Of a stretch of 64,000 bases of DNA, positions 1 to 10,670 are shown in pieces. The stretch spans positions 192,001 to 256,000 of the forward strand of contig JBMNIW010000012.1 of assembly GCA_050951325.1 (NCBI GenBank), read 5' to 3'. Source of the stretch: Clostridia bacterium (GTDB taxonomy: Bacteria > Bacillota > Clostridia > UBA1212 > DUPL01). Every line of letters starts with the position of its first letter. Positions within the stretch are counted from its first letter, which is position 1. The notes under the pieces are model-generated. The model was not told the origin of the DNA. It worked only from the letters and a program-made list of their open reading frames with translations, and did no database searches. The position numbers and the translations under genes are program-made.

Positions 1-212
1 CCCGGGTGTGTGACAACCCCTTTATCATACTCGACGCCGCCAACTTTGATTATCGTATCCCTTTCTGTAACATCGTTAAGATACAAAAGGGCATGTTCGT
101 TTTTTGTTGCGGACATGTCGCTGAGATACCTGCCGTTGGCTTTGGCGATAACAGGTATCAGTAACGCGGCTATTATCAGAATTAGTACCGGTAAAATTCT
201 TTTCATGTTCAT
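1..212 (-). CDS. Secreted NPCBM/NEW2-like carbohydrate-binding protein, 5' part only (runs off the window)
   Basis: Not in the ORF track. ATG at 212 follows a GGAGT RBS and reads MNMKRILPVLILIIAALLIPVIAKA (signal peptide), then RYLSDM...IKVGGVEYDKGVVTHPG, typical of the start of an NPCBM domain. Confidence 0.65.
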   Translation of the reverse strand, partial: MNMKRILPVLILIIAALLIPVIAKANGRYLSDMSATKNEHALLYLNDVTERDTIIKVGGVEYDKGVVTHP

Positions 213-224
213 ACTGCCACTCCT

Positions 225-2264
225 TTATTCCGCATTTTCTATAAACAGGACCATTGCATAACGAACTTCGGGCAACGTTAACGTCAATCCTTCGTCTAGA
301 AGCACCTTGCCACTGACTGTAGTCTCAAATGTTCCATCGGTGTCATAAACTCGGTACATCCTGTCAGGATTCACACCGTGGAACCTTATATTTTTCTGTG
401 GTTCGGTGCTTTCTGAAGGTCTGAACACCTGTGCAACTCCAGAGTCCCTTTCAGGGCTGAAGTATTGATATGCCCTCCATTCGGCACTTGAATTGTTCCA
501 TGGGGTAAGTGGGTAGAAGTCGTCGTAGAAGTATGTAGAAACCTTTCTCCACTCATTTACAAGCTTTTTCACCAAGTCCCAGTCGGTACTCTTACTCATG
601 GTGTTTACTGAAAGAGGGAAGATTTGAGTGTAGCAACTACGGGCCCTGTAGGTAAGGCTGCCTGCCGAATCGTCACCATAAATCCAGAACTTGATGTATG
701 GAAACCACTGCATTACAGTCAGCATGGTTGCCTGCCTTTCATCGTAACCGTCAGGATTTCCATCCCAATAGTCACTGATTTGCAGCGGTACGGATCTTCT
801 CATTGTTTCCAAATCATTTCTTCCTCCACCTGATGCACAGGAGTCTATCCAGATTTCAGGAAAGGTTTCAATAATTGTGTCCCACATTTCAAGGTAGCCC
901 ATAACATATCTGTTCTCTATGTATCCTGTCCTGTTTTCAGTATCATGCTCCCTCCATACCGGACCGGGATCCACATTAAAATCCTGCCTGTAAATGGCTA
1001 TGTTTGCTTCCTTTATGATTTTCGTAATCCTGTTCAGAATCCATTCACGGCATTGTGGGTTTCCAAGATCCATCAGCTGCCCTTCAAGCCATGTTCCTTT
1101 GGCTGCTGTTCCTAGGAACCATGAAGGATCAAAGTCGTTTATATTGTTCAGAAACTGGTCCTTGTTGACTCTTACGACTTCGGGTTCAAACCATAGGAGC
1201 AGTTTGCCACCTGTCTTTGCAAGCTCTTCCGATATGGACGCAAAGCGGTCCGGGAATCTTTTTTCGTCAATCATCAATGTGCCGGTTAACGGCCATTCAA
1301 CAGTATTGCCCTCAGCGTCCGTGTACCATCCTGCATCCATCCAGTAGCAGTCAAGAGGTACTCCATGGTCTGCGTAAGCCTTAATCTTTCGAATTATGTC
1401 ATTTGTTGTCAATCCTTGTGTCAGAGCAAAGTCAACAAAGAGTGGAGGCATGTTTTCTCCATTCACTTTTCTCATGTTGCAGTCAATAAACCATTTGCGC
1501 CAGATGTTAAGGTTTGAATTGTCGTCACGGGTATTAAAATTGAGTATGGCTACAAGTGGGGTTCTAATTGTCTCGCCGGGATTAAGGTATGTCGAAATGT
1601 CCATTTGTCCCCCTGAAAAATGCACCTCATCACCATTGGCACTTGCTTGCATTTTCCAGCATCCGGGCCATCCAATAGCTATAAATGAGCCACCTTTGCC
1701 ATATTCAAGTTTGAAATATGGAAAGACCCCATGAGTTGGCCTGCCGGATGTGGACTCTCTGCTGAAAGTTACACCATCAACAAGCTTAATCTCATATGGA
1801 GAATACATGTCTTTGCCCAAGTCCCCGCTGATACCTTTAATTATCGGGTCCTCACCTTTAAAGTACATGTCAATTGCATTGATGTCAGAAAAGACACCTG
1901 TAGTTTTATCTGTATTGTTTGTGATGTATAAGGTGTAATCCCATGCGTTATAATCCTTATACACACAGGTCTCCAACCTGAACTCTGCACCACTTGGCTC
2001 GTGTGTCATATACACTACAGTTACTTTTCCATTACTGTCCTTGTCATACCTGTCACGTTTTACTTCTGAGAAATCCTCTTTAAATCCCCTGTAGCTTTTC
2101 CCGTCATATTTAAAAGTAATAGGGAATTCCCCGAGGTTCGTTAAATAGTTGTTATACTCTGTCATTGTTTCTTCCCCCTTATCATTTTTACTTACACATG
2201 CCACCATCAAACTAACCATGCATAGCAGCATTACTGTCATTATGAACCTGCGCAAATCATACAC
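225..2264 (-). CDS. GH36-family alpha-galactosidase-like lipoprotein
   Basis: Motifs WMDAGWY, LLWFEPE, YRQDFN and DSCASGGGR; N-terminal lipobox MVAC. Confidence 0.8.
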   Translation of the reverse strand: MYDLRRFIMTVMLLCMVSLMVACVSKNDKGEETMTEYNNYLTNLGEFPITFKYDGKSYRGFKEDFSEVKRDRYDKDSNGKVTVVYMTHEPSGAEFRLETCVYKDYNAWDYTLYITNNTDKTTGVFSDINAIDMYFKGEDPIIKGISGDLGKDMYSPYEIKLVDGVTFSRESTSGRPTHGVFPYFKLEYGKGGSFIAIGWPGCWKMQASANGDEVHFSGGQMDISTYLNPGETIRTPLVAILNFNTRDDNSNLNIWRKWFIDCNMRKVNGENMPPLFVDFALTQGLTTNDIIRKIKAYADHGVPLDCYWMDAGWYTDAEGNTVEWPLTGTLMIDEKRFPDRFASISEELAKTGGKLLLWFEPEVVRVNKDQFLNNINDFDPSWFLGTAAKGTWLEGQLMDLGNPQCREWILNRITKIIKEANIAIYRQDFNVDPGPVWREHDTENRTGYIENRYVMGYLEMWDTIIETFPEIWIDSCASGGGRNDLETMRRSVPLQISDYWDGNPDGYDERQATMLTVMQWFPYIKFWIYGDDSAGSLTYRARSCYTQIFPLSVNTMSKSTDWDLVKKLVNEWRKVSTYFYDDFYPLTPWNNSSAEWRAYQYFSPERDSGVAQVFRPSESTEPQKNIRFHGVNPDRMYRVYDTDGTFETTVSGKVLLDEGLTLTLPEVRYAMVLFIENAE

Positions 2265-2279
2265 CTCCGACTGTTTTTT

Positions 2280-2345
2280 CGTAATCGATTACATTTTGAA
2301 GTAAAAATTATTTGCTTGCAATATCGATTCCGTAATCTATTACGG
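2280..2345. promoter_or_regulatory. Two LacI-family-type operators
   Basis: Perfect palindrome GTAATCGATTAC (2281-2292, central CG) and near-copy CCGTAATCTATTACGG (2330-2345), both between the promoter and the GH36 start. Confidence 0.7.
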
Positions 2346-2355
2346 TGTTAACAGA

Positions 2356-2384
2356 ATAATAACACCACAGAAGTTCATTGTCAA
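2356..2384 (-). promoter_or_regulatory. Sigma70-type promoter of the GH36 operon
   Basis: TTGACA-17 nt-TATTAT on the minus strand. Confidence 0.75.
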
Positions 2385-2521
2385 CAACTTTTTAAAATAA
2401 CTTTATAAATTTCTTCGTTCTTTTACTTAAAACTATTATTGCGAAACCTAAAGTGCACTTTGAAATGTTTCTGGCAAAGCAAAAAAGTAAATCAAGATGG
2501 TATGCTGTTAATAGCACTCAT

Positions 2522-2559
2522 AGAAAAACGACCACACAAGTCCGTGTGATCGTTTTTCT
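2522..2559 (-). terminator. Intrinsic terminator of the surface-protein operon
   Basis: Inverted repeat AGAAAAACGACCACAC...GTGTGATCGTTTTTCT with A/T tracts. Confidence 0.7.
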
Positions 2560-2651
2560 GCACTTTATTGACATTTGAACTATCTACTTTACAGGGTGCA
2601 TATCAAATACGCTGCAATAATCAGATAAGAAATACACCATGATCAGCCGAT

Positions 2652-4129
2652 CTATCTGTAGCTTCTTTTCTTAATAAAAAACCCAAGAGCAAAGCCAGCA
2701 AGTATGCCAAATACTGCTACAATAATAAAAGGAGCAAAGCTTGTCTTCTTATCCTCTTTGCTATCATAAGGCTTTTCAGGTGTTGGTGAAGGTGTAACTT
2801 CAACCTTATCTTCTTCCTTTACTTCTACACCATCTGATATTATTTCTCCCTCATATGTTCCTGTACCGGTGACTCTTACAGTTATCGTTTTACCTACATC
2901 CGCTTTTGATACATTGTATACCTGACCCTGACCGACTAAATCATTACCGGAATACCAGGTATATGTAACTGTTGCATTACTGTCTGAAAGCTCTGCATTT
3001 GCAGTAATCGTTTCACCAACCGATGCATTGCCGGTTATACTTACCTTCCCGGAAATTGTTACTTTAATAGGATCTTCAGTATCTGCAAACTCAGGTATCT
3101 TACCATCAAACTCTTTCATTCTGAATACATGAATAGTATACTCCTTTTTTGAGCCATCTTCTGCTGTACCTGCAATTGTTAATTTATTATCTCCAACTGA
3201 TAAACTAAATGTCTTTTCTGCTGCATTCTGTCCCTTGGAATCCTTAGCTTTGCCGCTTATTCTAATACTTGCTGTTTCATAAGGTACAAACACAATATAA
3301 TCAGTGCGATCACTATTAAACACGGGAGATAAGAAACCTGTACTCAAAGTTATCTCAGATAGTCTTGCATCACTATTTGGTTTATAATTAGGATCCTGTT
3401 CCCTTGTTACTTTGATTGTGTACGTTTTCTTAGTACCATTCTCTGCAGTAACAACAATGGATATATCATTACTACCTACAGCAAGATTAGGATTGTTAAC
3501 TGCCACAGTTGCTTTGGAATCTTCAGCTACCGCACTTATATTAAGCTTTGATACAGAGTAAGGAACAGTAGTTGTATATGATGTAGTGTTCTTATTGAAC
3601 GCAGGAGATAGCGTTGCATTACTTACAGTCAAAGACTGCAAGAAGCTGTTCGCGTCGATTTCGGTGCAGCTATTGAGAAAGAATATTTAACATTGGTTGG
3701 CTGCACGTCTGTGTTTCCATCTGTGTATTCCAGTTTTGTTGTACTGATTTCCACATTAGTGCCTGTAGCAAGACTATTAACCTTAAAGGTCATAGAGAAC
3801 AAATCTTTAGTACTGTTAACAGGTGTTGTCTGTGCGTTATCATACGCAATAAACTTCACTGTGCCGGCTGTATTGTTAAACTCTACAAGCCAGGGGGAAC
3901 CAATTATCTGAGCAGTAGATGTTAATGTAAGTTTGCTGCTGTCATATTTTAATTCTCCGCTGGCACCTAATATACCACTTCCGCCGATTCTAAATGTAAC
4001 TGTAATTGTGTCTCCCGACCGTACGGTAGACGGACCACTTAGAGCTGCAGTCGGACTTGCCGCATTTACACCTATTGCCGGTAATAGAATAACTGTTATG
4101 ATAATCATTAATACAATAAACTTTTTCAT
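2652..4129 (-). pseudogene. Membrane-anchored cohesin plus two cadherin-like beta-sandwich domains (putative anchoring scaffoldin), split by a frameshift near 3650
   Basis: ORF 3629..4129 has a signal peptide and cohesin-like domain (GDTITVTF...LKYDSSKLTL...LFSMTFKV). The overlapping ORF 2652..3641 has two LSP.FN....Y...VPY cadherin-like repeats and a C-terminal TM followed by KKR. The frames join at AAPKS/DANSFLQSLTVSN. Confidence 0.7.
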
Positions 4130-4146
4130 ATATATTTACCTCCTCA

Positions 4147-6702
4147 TTAATGCGGGACTATGTTTTCTGTACCTAACATTACAGCTTTAAACCTGACAAA
4201 ATCCGTCATTGTTATATTTCCATCTCCATTTAAATCAGCTGCTTCGCGGAATGGTCCTGTAAGCTCCATTGTTCCAAGCATAAAGCTCTTCATGTTGACG
4301 AAATCCGTTATAGATGATGCACCATCGCCATTGATATCTCCGGTTACAACGACGGTGTATGAATTGACAACATTATTACCATTCATGATTTTAACTTGCA
4401 TGCCTGTTCCAAGTATAGTACCAGATGTTACTTCATTGTTTCCTTTAAAAACTTTGATATGTTCACTTTCATTTATATTCTGCAGAAAATCATTAACTGT
4501 GACCCCAGCTGTAATTTTACTGATATATCCATCTGAGATACTATACTCATCTGATGTAACATCTTCAGGAACACACGCATTGACCTGCACATTTATGCTT
4601 GTGGACTTTCCTTCGTATTGTATGGTAACCGTTTTACTGCCAGGGGTCGAAAGATCACAACTTATCGTTAACCCTGTCTGAATCACTTTACTTGTACCAT
4701 TATTATAGTACGCTGTTACAACCATACCTGTAGGGTCAAATTCATCACCTTCAGAATACACAAGCTTATTAGGATTTGTTGTCACAGTTATTGAGGATAA
4801 AGACTTTGCAATAACTTCTACTTCATAAGTGGTAATTTTACCATTATAGGTTACAGTCAAAGTTTGCTTGCCTACCTTTGTGTTATCAAAGCCTGTTACC
4901 ATACCGGAAGTCATGCCTATCTCGTAGCTGATGTCGTCTATGTAATACAATCTGATCTTACCACCTGTAACATCAAAAGTATCCTTTCCTTCTAGATATG
5001 TAAGCTTAGTTGGCTTTGTTATAACAGAAATAGACATAAGCTGTGAAGGATCAAGCACTGGTATAACTCTGGCTTCTTTATGAGAAGGATTATGTTTGCA
5101 GCTTCTGGTTTCTTCTCCCGGTTCGTACTCGGTAGGAACCTTTGTACGTACCCATTCACCCCAATTGTGTGCGGCATCATCAACTGGGATAACTTTTCTT
5201 TCTCTGCCTAATTCTTCTCCGCAGACTGAGCAATAAATCACTTCATCATAATAACCTTCGGTAGCGCATGTAGAAGCGACTTCATTCTCCCTGACTGATT
5301 CAGAAGGAATATGACCTGTAGCAGGCACTGCTTCTTCATAAATATGACTGTCATCATTCTGACAAGTATATGTTTGTATTCCATCTTCCGTACAAGTCGC
5401 GGGTGTTGTTATTTCACCTTCATCCCAATCGTGTCCGGTCGCTAAAACAACCTTATGTTCTCTGCTTATTTCCTCTCCGCATACTAGGCAGTAAACAACT
5501 TCATCATAGCCACCAGCAAAATCACAACTTGCAATAATTTCATTTTCCTTAATCGGAGCACCAGATGTATGTGCAATAGTTTCTATTTCCGAGCCAGCAG
5601 TTATTACTTCCCCGCAACTGTCACAAAAGACATCCCCAGTATATCCCGGATTACTACAAGAAGGATCTTCCTGATATTCCAGATGCGAATCTCCTACATG
5701 ATTATCATAATCCACTGTTCCGTATATAAAAGTCATATCACTTTGAGCAGCACACACCGCACAGCTTCTATAGTAAACAGCAGGACTTACACATGTAGCA
5801 GCGGACTTTAAATATTGCGGCTTTGGATCCTCAATAAGCTCATGTTCTGCAAATGGAAGAAGCATGTCTGATCCATTTATTATCTCACCGCATTCCTCAC
5901 AAACCGTGTATGAACCATGACCCTGTGTGATACAAGTAGATCTTACAGCTGGAATATCGTTAACTATTAGGTGAGAGCAAAGGATGTGTAACGTGCAGGT
6001 TGCCTCAAATCCTCCATCTTCACTTACAGCGGTAATTACTACCTCTCCTTTTTTAAGGAGTGACACAATACCATTGTCTACCATAGCAATGGTATCATCA
6101 CTGCTTCTCCATGACACATTTTTATTAGTAGCATTTGGTGGTGTGAAAACTGGGCAAAGGGCAAAAGTCCTATCGCCCTTTTCAACCGTCACGTTAGATT
6201 CATTAAAAGATAGCCCTGTCACAGGAATTGAACTTGTTATGCTAACATCAGAAGATGCATTTGCAAAAACTACTTTTTTTCCTGTGAAATCCCGTGCTTC
6301 TTCATGTCTTACAGTAACAGAAGCTACTCCTGTTGATAATGCCCTGAATTTAAGAGTGGCTATTCTTCCATTGACATAATTATTGCTTATCGCCAGACTA
6401 TCCGCCCATCGCAAAGTATATGGCGAAGTAATGTTTGGAGAAGGTGTAGTATATCCTCTCAAAAGTCCGTTGTCTGTTATTTCTAACAGCTGTAGTTTTT
6501 CTTTATCATATTCAACACTGAACCGCAAAGAGATTATACCCAGATTGTCTGTTATCATAATATCCATGCTGAAAACATCGTCAACATGCACATTTTTATG
6601 TTCCAGAATATATTGTGGCATTTCTTCTGCATAACTAACTGTCGTAACAGAGGTAAAAACAAGAACACAACTCAAAAGCAAAGATAAAATACGTTTTCCC
6701 AT
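4147..6702 (-). CDS. Secreted adaptor-like protein: cohesin, Ig-like (Big_2), Cys/His-rich ATC..G repeats, two bacterial Ig-like domains, dockerin
   Basis: Start 6702 after GGAGG (MGKRILSLLL, signal peptide); C-terminal duplicated dockerin loops GDINGDGASSITD and ADLNGDGNITMTD. Confidence 0.8.
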   Translation of the reverse strand: MGKRILSLLLSCVLVFTSVTTVSYAEEMPQYILEHKNVHVDDVFSMDIMITDNLGIISLRFSVEYDKEKLQLLEITDNGLLRGYTTPSPNITSPYTLRWADSLAISNNYVNGRIATLKFRALSTGVASVTVRHEEARDFTGKKVVFANASSDVSITSSIPVTGLSFNESNVTVEKGDRTFALCPVFTPPNATNKNVSWRSSDDTIAMVDNGIVSLLKKGEVVITAVSEDGGFEATCTLHILCSHLIVNDIPAVRSTCITQGHGSYTVCEECGEIINGSDMLLPFAEHELIEDPKPQYLKSAATCVSPAVYYRSCAVCAAQSDMTFIYGTVDYDNHVGDSHLEYQEDPSCSNPGYTGDVFCDSCGEVITAGSEIETIAHTSGAPIKENEIIASCDFAGGYDEVVYCLVCGEEISREHKVVLATGHDWDEGEITTPATCTEDGIQTYTCQNDDSHIYEEAVPATGHIPSESVRENEVASTCATEGYYDEVIYCSVCGEELGRERKVIPVDDAAHNWGEWVRTKVPTEYEPGEETRSCKHNPSHKEARVIPVLDPSQLMSISVITKPTKLTYLEGKDTFDVTGGKIRLYYIDDISYEIGMTSGMVTGFDNTKVGKQTLTVTYNGKITTYEVEVIAKSLSSITVTTNPNKLVYSEGDEFDPTGMVVTAYYNNGTSKVIQTGLTISCDLSTPGSKTVTIQYEGKSTSINVQVNACVPEDVTSDEYSISDGYISKITAGVTVNDFLQNINESEHIKVFKGNNEVTSGTILGTGMQVKIMNGNNVVNSYTVVVTGDINGDGASSITDFVNMKSFMLGTMELTGPFREAADLNGDGNITMTDFVRFKAVMLGTENIVPH

Positions 6703-6718
6703 CATTAACCTCCTACTC

Positions 6719-9700
6719 TCAGGCAATGCTTACATCCCAACCGGCAAGATACCGTTCGAATATGATTGCATCCCAGTCGGAAATTTCACCATCATGATCA
6801 ATATCCATAGCATCTAAGTTAATTTCAACATCCCATCCTGCAAGGTAACGCTCGAATAGGATTGCATCCCAATCGGAGAGCTCACCATCACCATCTGCAT
6901 CTCCGGTGATATAATCGACTACTTCGATATATGACGTTGCAGAAGAAAACTCGATACTCTGACCCATGAAATTTCTCGACTCAACTGGTGTGACTGATAC
7001 TTCATATAGTCCTTCAGATATTCCTTCTTTGATCTTAAAAGTTAATTTTACAATATTACCGTTCTGTAAATTATTCTGCGTTGCCAGTGCATCTGTCCAT
7101 CGTAATATATACGGAGAGCTGATATTTGGAGCAGGATTGGTAAAACCATTTAACAATCCGGTGTTTTCTATAGAAATAAGTTCTAATGCATCCATGTCAT
7201 AAGATATATAGTTTCTTAATGAGATGATACCCGGATTATTTTCAACTGCAATATATATCTCAACTGTGTCTCCGGCAAATCCTTTAGCACTTAGAATCGA
7301 ATATTTAGGAGCCGCAGCATCGTATTCTATAACAGTAACAAGAACCATTCCGATAAACTCACCGTCAACGGTAGTTGCGGTTACTGTCACATTTCCTTTT
7401 GCAACTGCCGTTATATTTCCGTTTGCGTCAACGATCGCTATATCTTCATTCTCAGAAGCCCAAACAACAGTTTTATCAGTCGTGTCTGCAGGATATACGG
7501 TTGCTTTAGCTTTTTTACTTTCCCCTACATACAGTTCTATTGAACCAGTGTCCAGATATATACCTTCAGCATGAATAGTTTTTTCTATAACATGAACTGT
7601 CACAACTGCTGAATAACCTCCGTCATCAGTGTATACTGTGATGATTGCCGTTCCGGGTTCAAAGGCTTCTATAACACCGTCTTTTACTGTTGCCACGTTC
7701 GGGTTATCCGTAGTCCAGTATACGTTTTTATTTGTTGCGTTAGATGGAGTAACGGTTACAATTATTGTCTTTCTTTCTCCTGATTTCATTTCAATAAGGG
7801 AAGGATTAACAGATACACCTGTTACAGGACGGGCTGTTTCTGTAACGGTAATTGGCAGTGTTGCAATTCTACCACGATAGTTGATCTCAACACTGCTGTC
7901 TGAAACAGAAAGTGCTCTTGTCGGAGATACACTGTATCCAGTTACATATTTTTCTGCACCTGATGTATAGATTGCTTTAACTTCCATTCCCGTTTCGTCA
8001 AAATAGTCACCGGATGTATATCTTGTTTTGCTAGGCGCGGTAGTTATTTCAATACTTTCAACAGATCCAAAAACAACATCTTCTATGATAAGATCACTTA
8101 GCTTCCAGAGCTCACTTGCAAAGTTTCCGTCTATATTTGCAAGTATACCACCTGTTCCGTCTGTCAGATTTCTGTAAACATTATAGTATGTGGTCTTTGT
8201 TACCACAGAGGTAATGGTTTCGTTTGCTTTCAGTTCGTTTATCATTGCTGACATACTTGAAATGCCATACTGATTGTTGATCTTGTAATCCGCATCTGTA
8301 ACCACTATATAGAATGATTGAGCATCCGCACGTGTCTCTAAAAGTGTTGCGGTCTTAAGAGCATCGATAACTGTTTCTTCCCTGTCTCCACCACCACTTA
8401 CTATGAGTCTGGAAATTGCGTCCTTATAAGCATCGACATCAATATACCAGTCCGATGAACCACAATAAATGATTCTTGTGGAATCAAGACCATCACAGGT
8501 TATATCCCTGTACTCTATCAAAGCCCACCTTACTGAAACACCTTCCCTTTCCAGCATATCTGCAAAGGATTTGATGTTGTTCTTAACATTATTTATTTCA
8601 TCCCCCATAGATCCTGTAGTATCGATAAGGAATACAATATCTGCAGTTCCATACATGGTTTCGGAAAGTTCAAAAGAAATTTCAACATCGTTTACAACAC
8701 CACTGGCTAAAGTATATCCGGTTTCTAGTGTTATTGTTCCGTGGATCGTGTGCTTTCCGGCAACAGAACTGTCATATGAGTATTCATCCCATACAACCGG
8801 CAGATAAAATGTCTTTCCGCTGTTTGTAATAACTGCTGCAGTCGAAGGTACGCCGAGTCCTTCAAATGATGTACCTATTGGCAGTTTGCCGAGGTTCATC
8901 GCAGGAATGCTTACAATTATGTTCTTTGTTACTGTCAAAGTGGCAGTAGTCTTTGCCTCACAGCTGAACTTATAACCATATGCAGCTATTACTGTTCCGT
9001 TTATCGTCTGTTCTCCAAAAGTTGCTGCATTGTAATCCGAAGAGTTCCAGAACACCTTTAACTGGACTGTTTTACCAGATGCGGTAACGGCATTTACTGT
9101 TTCAGGTAGCATCAGAGAAGAATAAGGTGTGTTATAGTCAATATTCCCTAGAGAAACCGTTCTGATCGAAGTAATGATCTCTGCTTCAACCTCTTTATAT
9201 GTAACTGTAATGTTAAGGCTCTGTATCGCAGTTCCTGAAACAACTAATCTGTCAGCAGTATAATTCTTTATAACAGGAGAAGTAATACTGTATTTTTCGC
9301 CTTCCATAAGTGTTATTACAACACTTGGCTGCGCTGTACCTCCACCAGAATAGACATAATTGACAGTGATGGTGTATTGATGAATGTGACAACGTGTACA
9401 TTCGCCATCTACAAAGTCATGACCTAGTGCCGGAATTCCTTCTATAAATAAAACAGCCTTACAGTCATCACATACATATCTTTGAATTCCACTGTTAATA
9501 CAATCCGGCTCTATATCAACAACATATGAGCAATTAGTGTGATAACATATATCACCCTTCCAAATAGCATACAGAGTAATGTCATTATCACCTATTTCAA
9601 ATGATTTTTCCCCGGTATATGTGTATTCAGGAATTGATGCAAAAGGATCTACTGACCATCCTAGGAAGATGTAACCATCACGGCTCGGAATATCATCAAA

Positions 9701-10627
9701 CAATACATTTACGACATCCCCATTAGAATAACGTTTTGTATCAATAGGATGAATGCTTGACCCACCATTGCTGTCATAATTTACAGTCCTCCATAAATAA
9801 CCGGCAGATACTAAGTATGTTGCAATTACATTGTTATCAGCATCTTTTATTATAATTGTAATAATGTAAACGCCTGGCTGAGCATCTGACTGCAAATAAA
9901 AGAACGCTGTATTTTTCATTAACGAAGTTCCTAAGGTTATGCTATCCGATGTCATTCCGCCTTTGTTAAATCCATCGATTATAGCGGAATATTCAATACT
10001 TATAGTCATTTCTTCGGATGCTCTTAAATTAAGATCAACTGTAACCATCCCGTTTTTATCAATAGAAGCACTTTGAGAATGTTCAACTATAACAGGAGTA
10101 ACTACAGTGCTTCCTCCGCTAACATTCAACTGTAAGGATACATTGCGTGTCCATGAATTCCAGCCGATCACTGATTCATATAATTCAAAGTGGTAAGTAT
10201 GTCCGTTTATGAAGTATGTTCTGTCGACTGTTAGCGTAGTAGTGGTCCACGTATCGTTTCGTCCGGAAAGATAATTTTCGAGTAGTATTTCTGTACCATC
10301 CGTTTCATCTACCAGATATATCAGACTTCGTTCTCCACTTTCTTCATCAATGTCATATGCATATATATTTAACAAGGCATTTTCTTTAACTGTTCCATTG
10401 ATGGTGATCGATCTTCCAAGCCTGATCCTTTCATTGGCAGTACCGGAATTAGCAACTAAATCATACCCTCCATTCAGTAAACTCTTGTCATCATAATTTG
10501 AATAGGGACTGAAGGATTTTACATCTGCCCCACTACGCATACCGTTGTTAAACAAAGAATAATTATTTTCACCATTTACAGTAACAATAGGCTCTTTCTC
10601 CTCGGGTGGGAATGAATCAAGATGCAC
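6719..10627 (-). CDS. C-terminal part of a giant surface protein: InlB-B-type repeat, MucBP-like, Big_4-like pair, vWA, Ig-like domains, cohesin, dockerin
   Basis: vWA MIDAS motif DIVFLIDTTGSMG; Big_2 repeats (PSNATNKNVYW); dockerin GDADGDGELSDWD / DIDHDGEISDWD. No signal peptide; appears to continue the upstream ORF across lesions at 10655-10682. Confidence 0.75.
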   Translation of the reverse strand: MHLDSFPPEEKEPIVTVNGENNYSLFNNGMRSGADVKSFSPYSNYDDKSLLNGGYDLVANSGTANERIRLGRSITINGTVKENALLNIYAYDIDEESGERSLIYLVDETDGTEILLENYLSGRNDTWTTTTLTVDRTYFINGHTYHFELYESVIGWNSWTRNVSLQLNVSGGSTVVTPVIVEHSQSASIDKNGMVTVDLNLRASEEMTISIEYSAIIDGFNKGGMTSDSITLGTSLMKNTAFFYLQSDAQPGVYIITIIIKDADNNVIATYLVSAGYLWRTVNYDSNGGSSIHPIDTKRYSNGDVVNVLFDDIPSRDGYIFLGWSVDPFASIPEYTYTGEKSFEIGDNDITLYAIWKGDICYHTNCSYVVDIEPDCINSGIQRYVCDDCKAVLFIEGIPALGHDFVDGECTRCHIHQYTITVNYVYSGGGTAQPSVVITLMEGEKYSITSPVIKNYTADRLVVSGTAIQSLNITVTYKEVEAEIITSIRTVSLGNIDYNTPYSSLMLPETVNAVTASGKTVQLKVFWNSSDYNAATFGEQTINGTVIAAYGYKFSCEAKTTATLTVTKNIIVSIPAMNLGKLPIGTSFEGLGVPSTAAVITNSGKTFYLPVVWDEYSYDSSVAGKHTIHGTITLETGYTLASGVVNDVEISFELSETMYGTADIVFLIDTTGSMGDEINNVKNNIKSFADMLEREGVSVRWALIEYRDITCDGLDSTRIIYCGSSDWYIDVDAYKDAISRLIVSGGGDREETVIDALKTATLLETRADAQSFYIVVTDADYKINNQYGISSMSAMINELKANETITSVVTKTTYYNVYRNLTDGTGGILANIDGNFASELWKLSDLIIEDVVFGSVESIEITTAPSKTRYTSGDYFDETGMEVKAIYTSGAEKYVTGYSVSPTRALSVSDSSVEINYRGRIATLPITVTETARPVTGVSVNPSLIEMKSGERKTIIVTVTPSNATNKNVYWTTDNPNVATVKDGVIEAFEPGTAIITVYTDDGGYSAVVTVHVIEKTIHAEGIYLDTGSIELYVGESKKAKATVYPADTTDKTVVWASENEDIAIVDANGNITAVAKGNVTVTATTVDGEFIGMVLVTVIEYDAAAPKYSILSAKGFAGDTVEIYIAVENNPGIISLRNYISYDMDALELISIENTGLLNGFTNPAPNISSPYILRWTDALATQNNLQNGNIVKLTFKIKEGISEGLYEVSVTPVESRNFMGQSIEFSSATSYIEVVDYITGDADGDGELSDWDAILFERYLAGWDVEINLDAMDIDHDGEISDWDAIIFERYLAGWDVSIA

Positions 10628-10670
10628 ATCAAAAGTACAATCGTTATAAATGTATTATTTGAAATAATAT

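Noticed and set aside
4147-10627. Classical cellulosome
   Set aside because: Only one cohesin per protein, and no recognisable CBM3 or catalytic glycoside hydrolase module on the dockerin-bearing proteins
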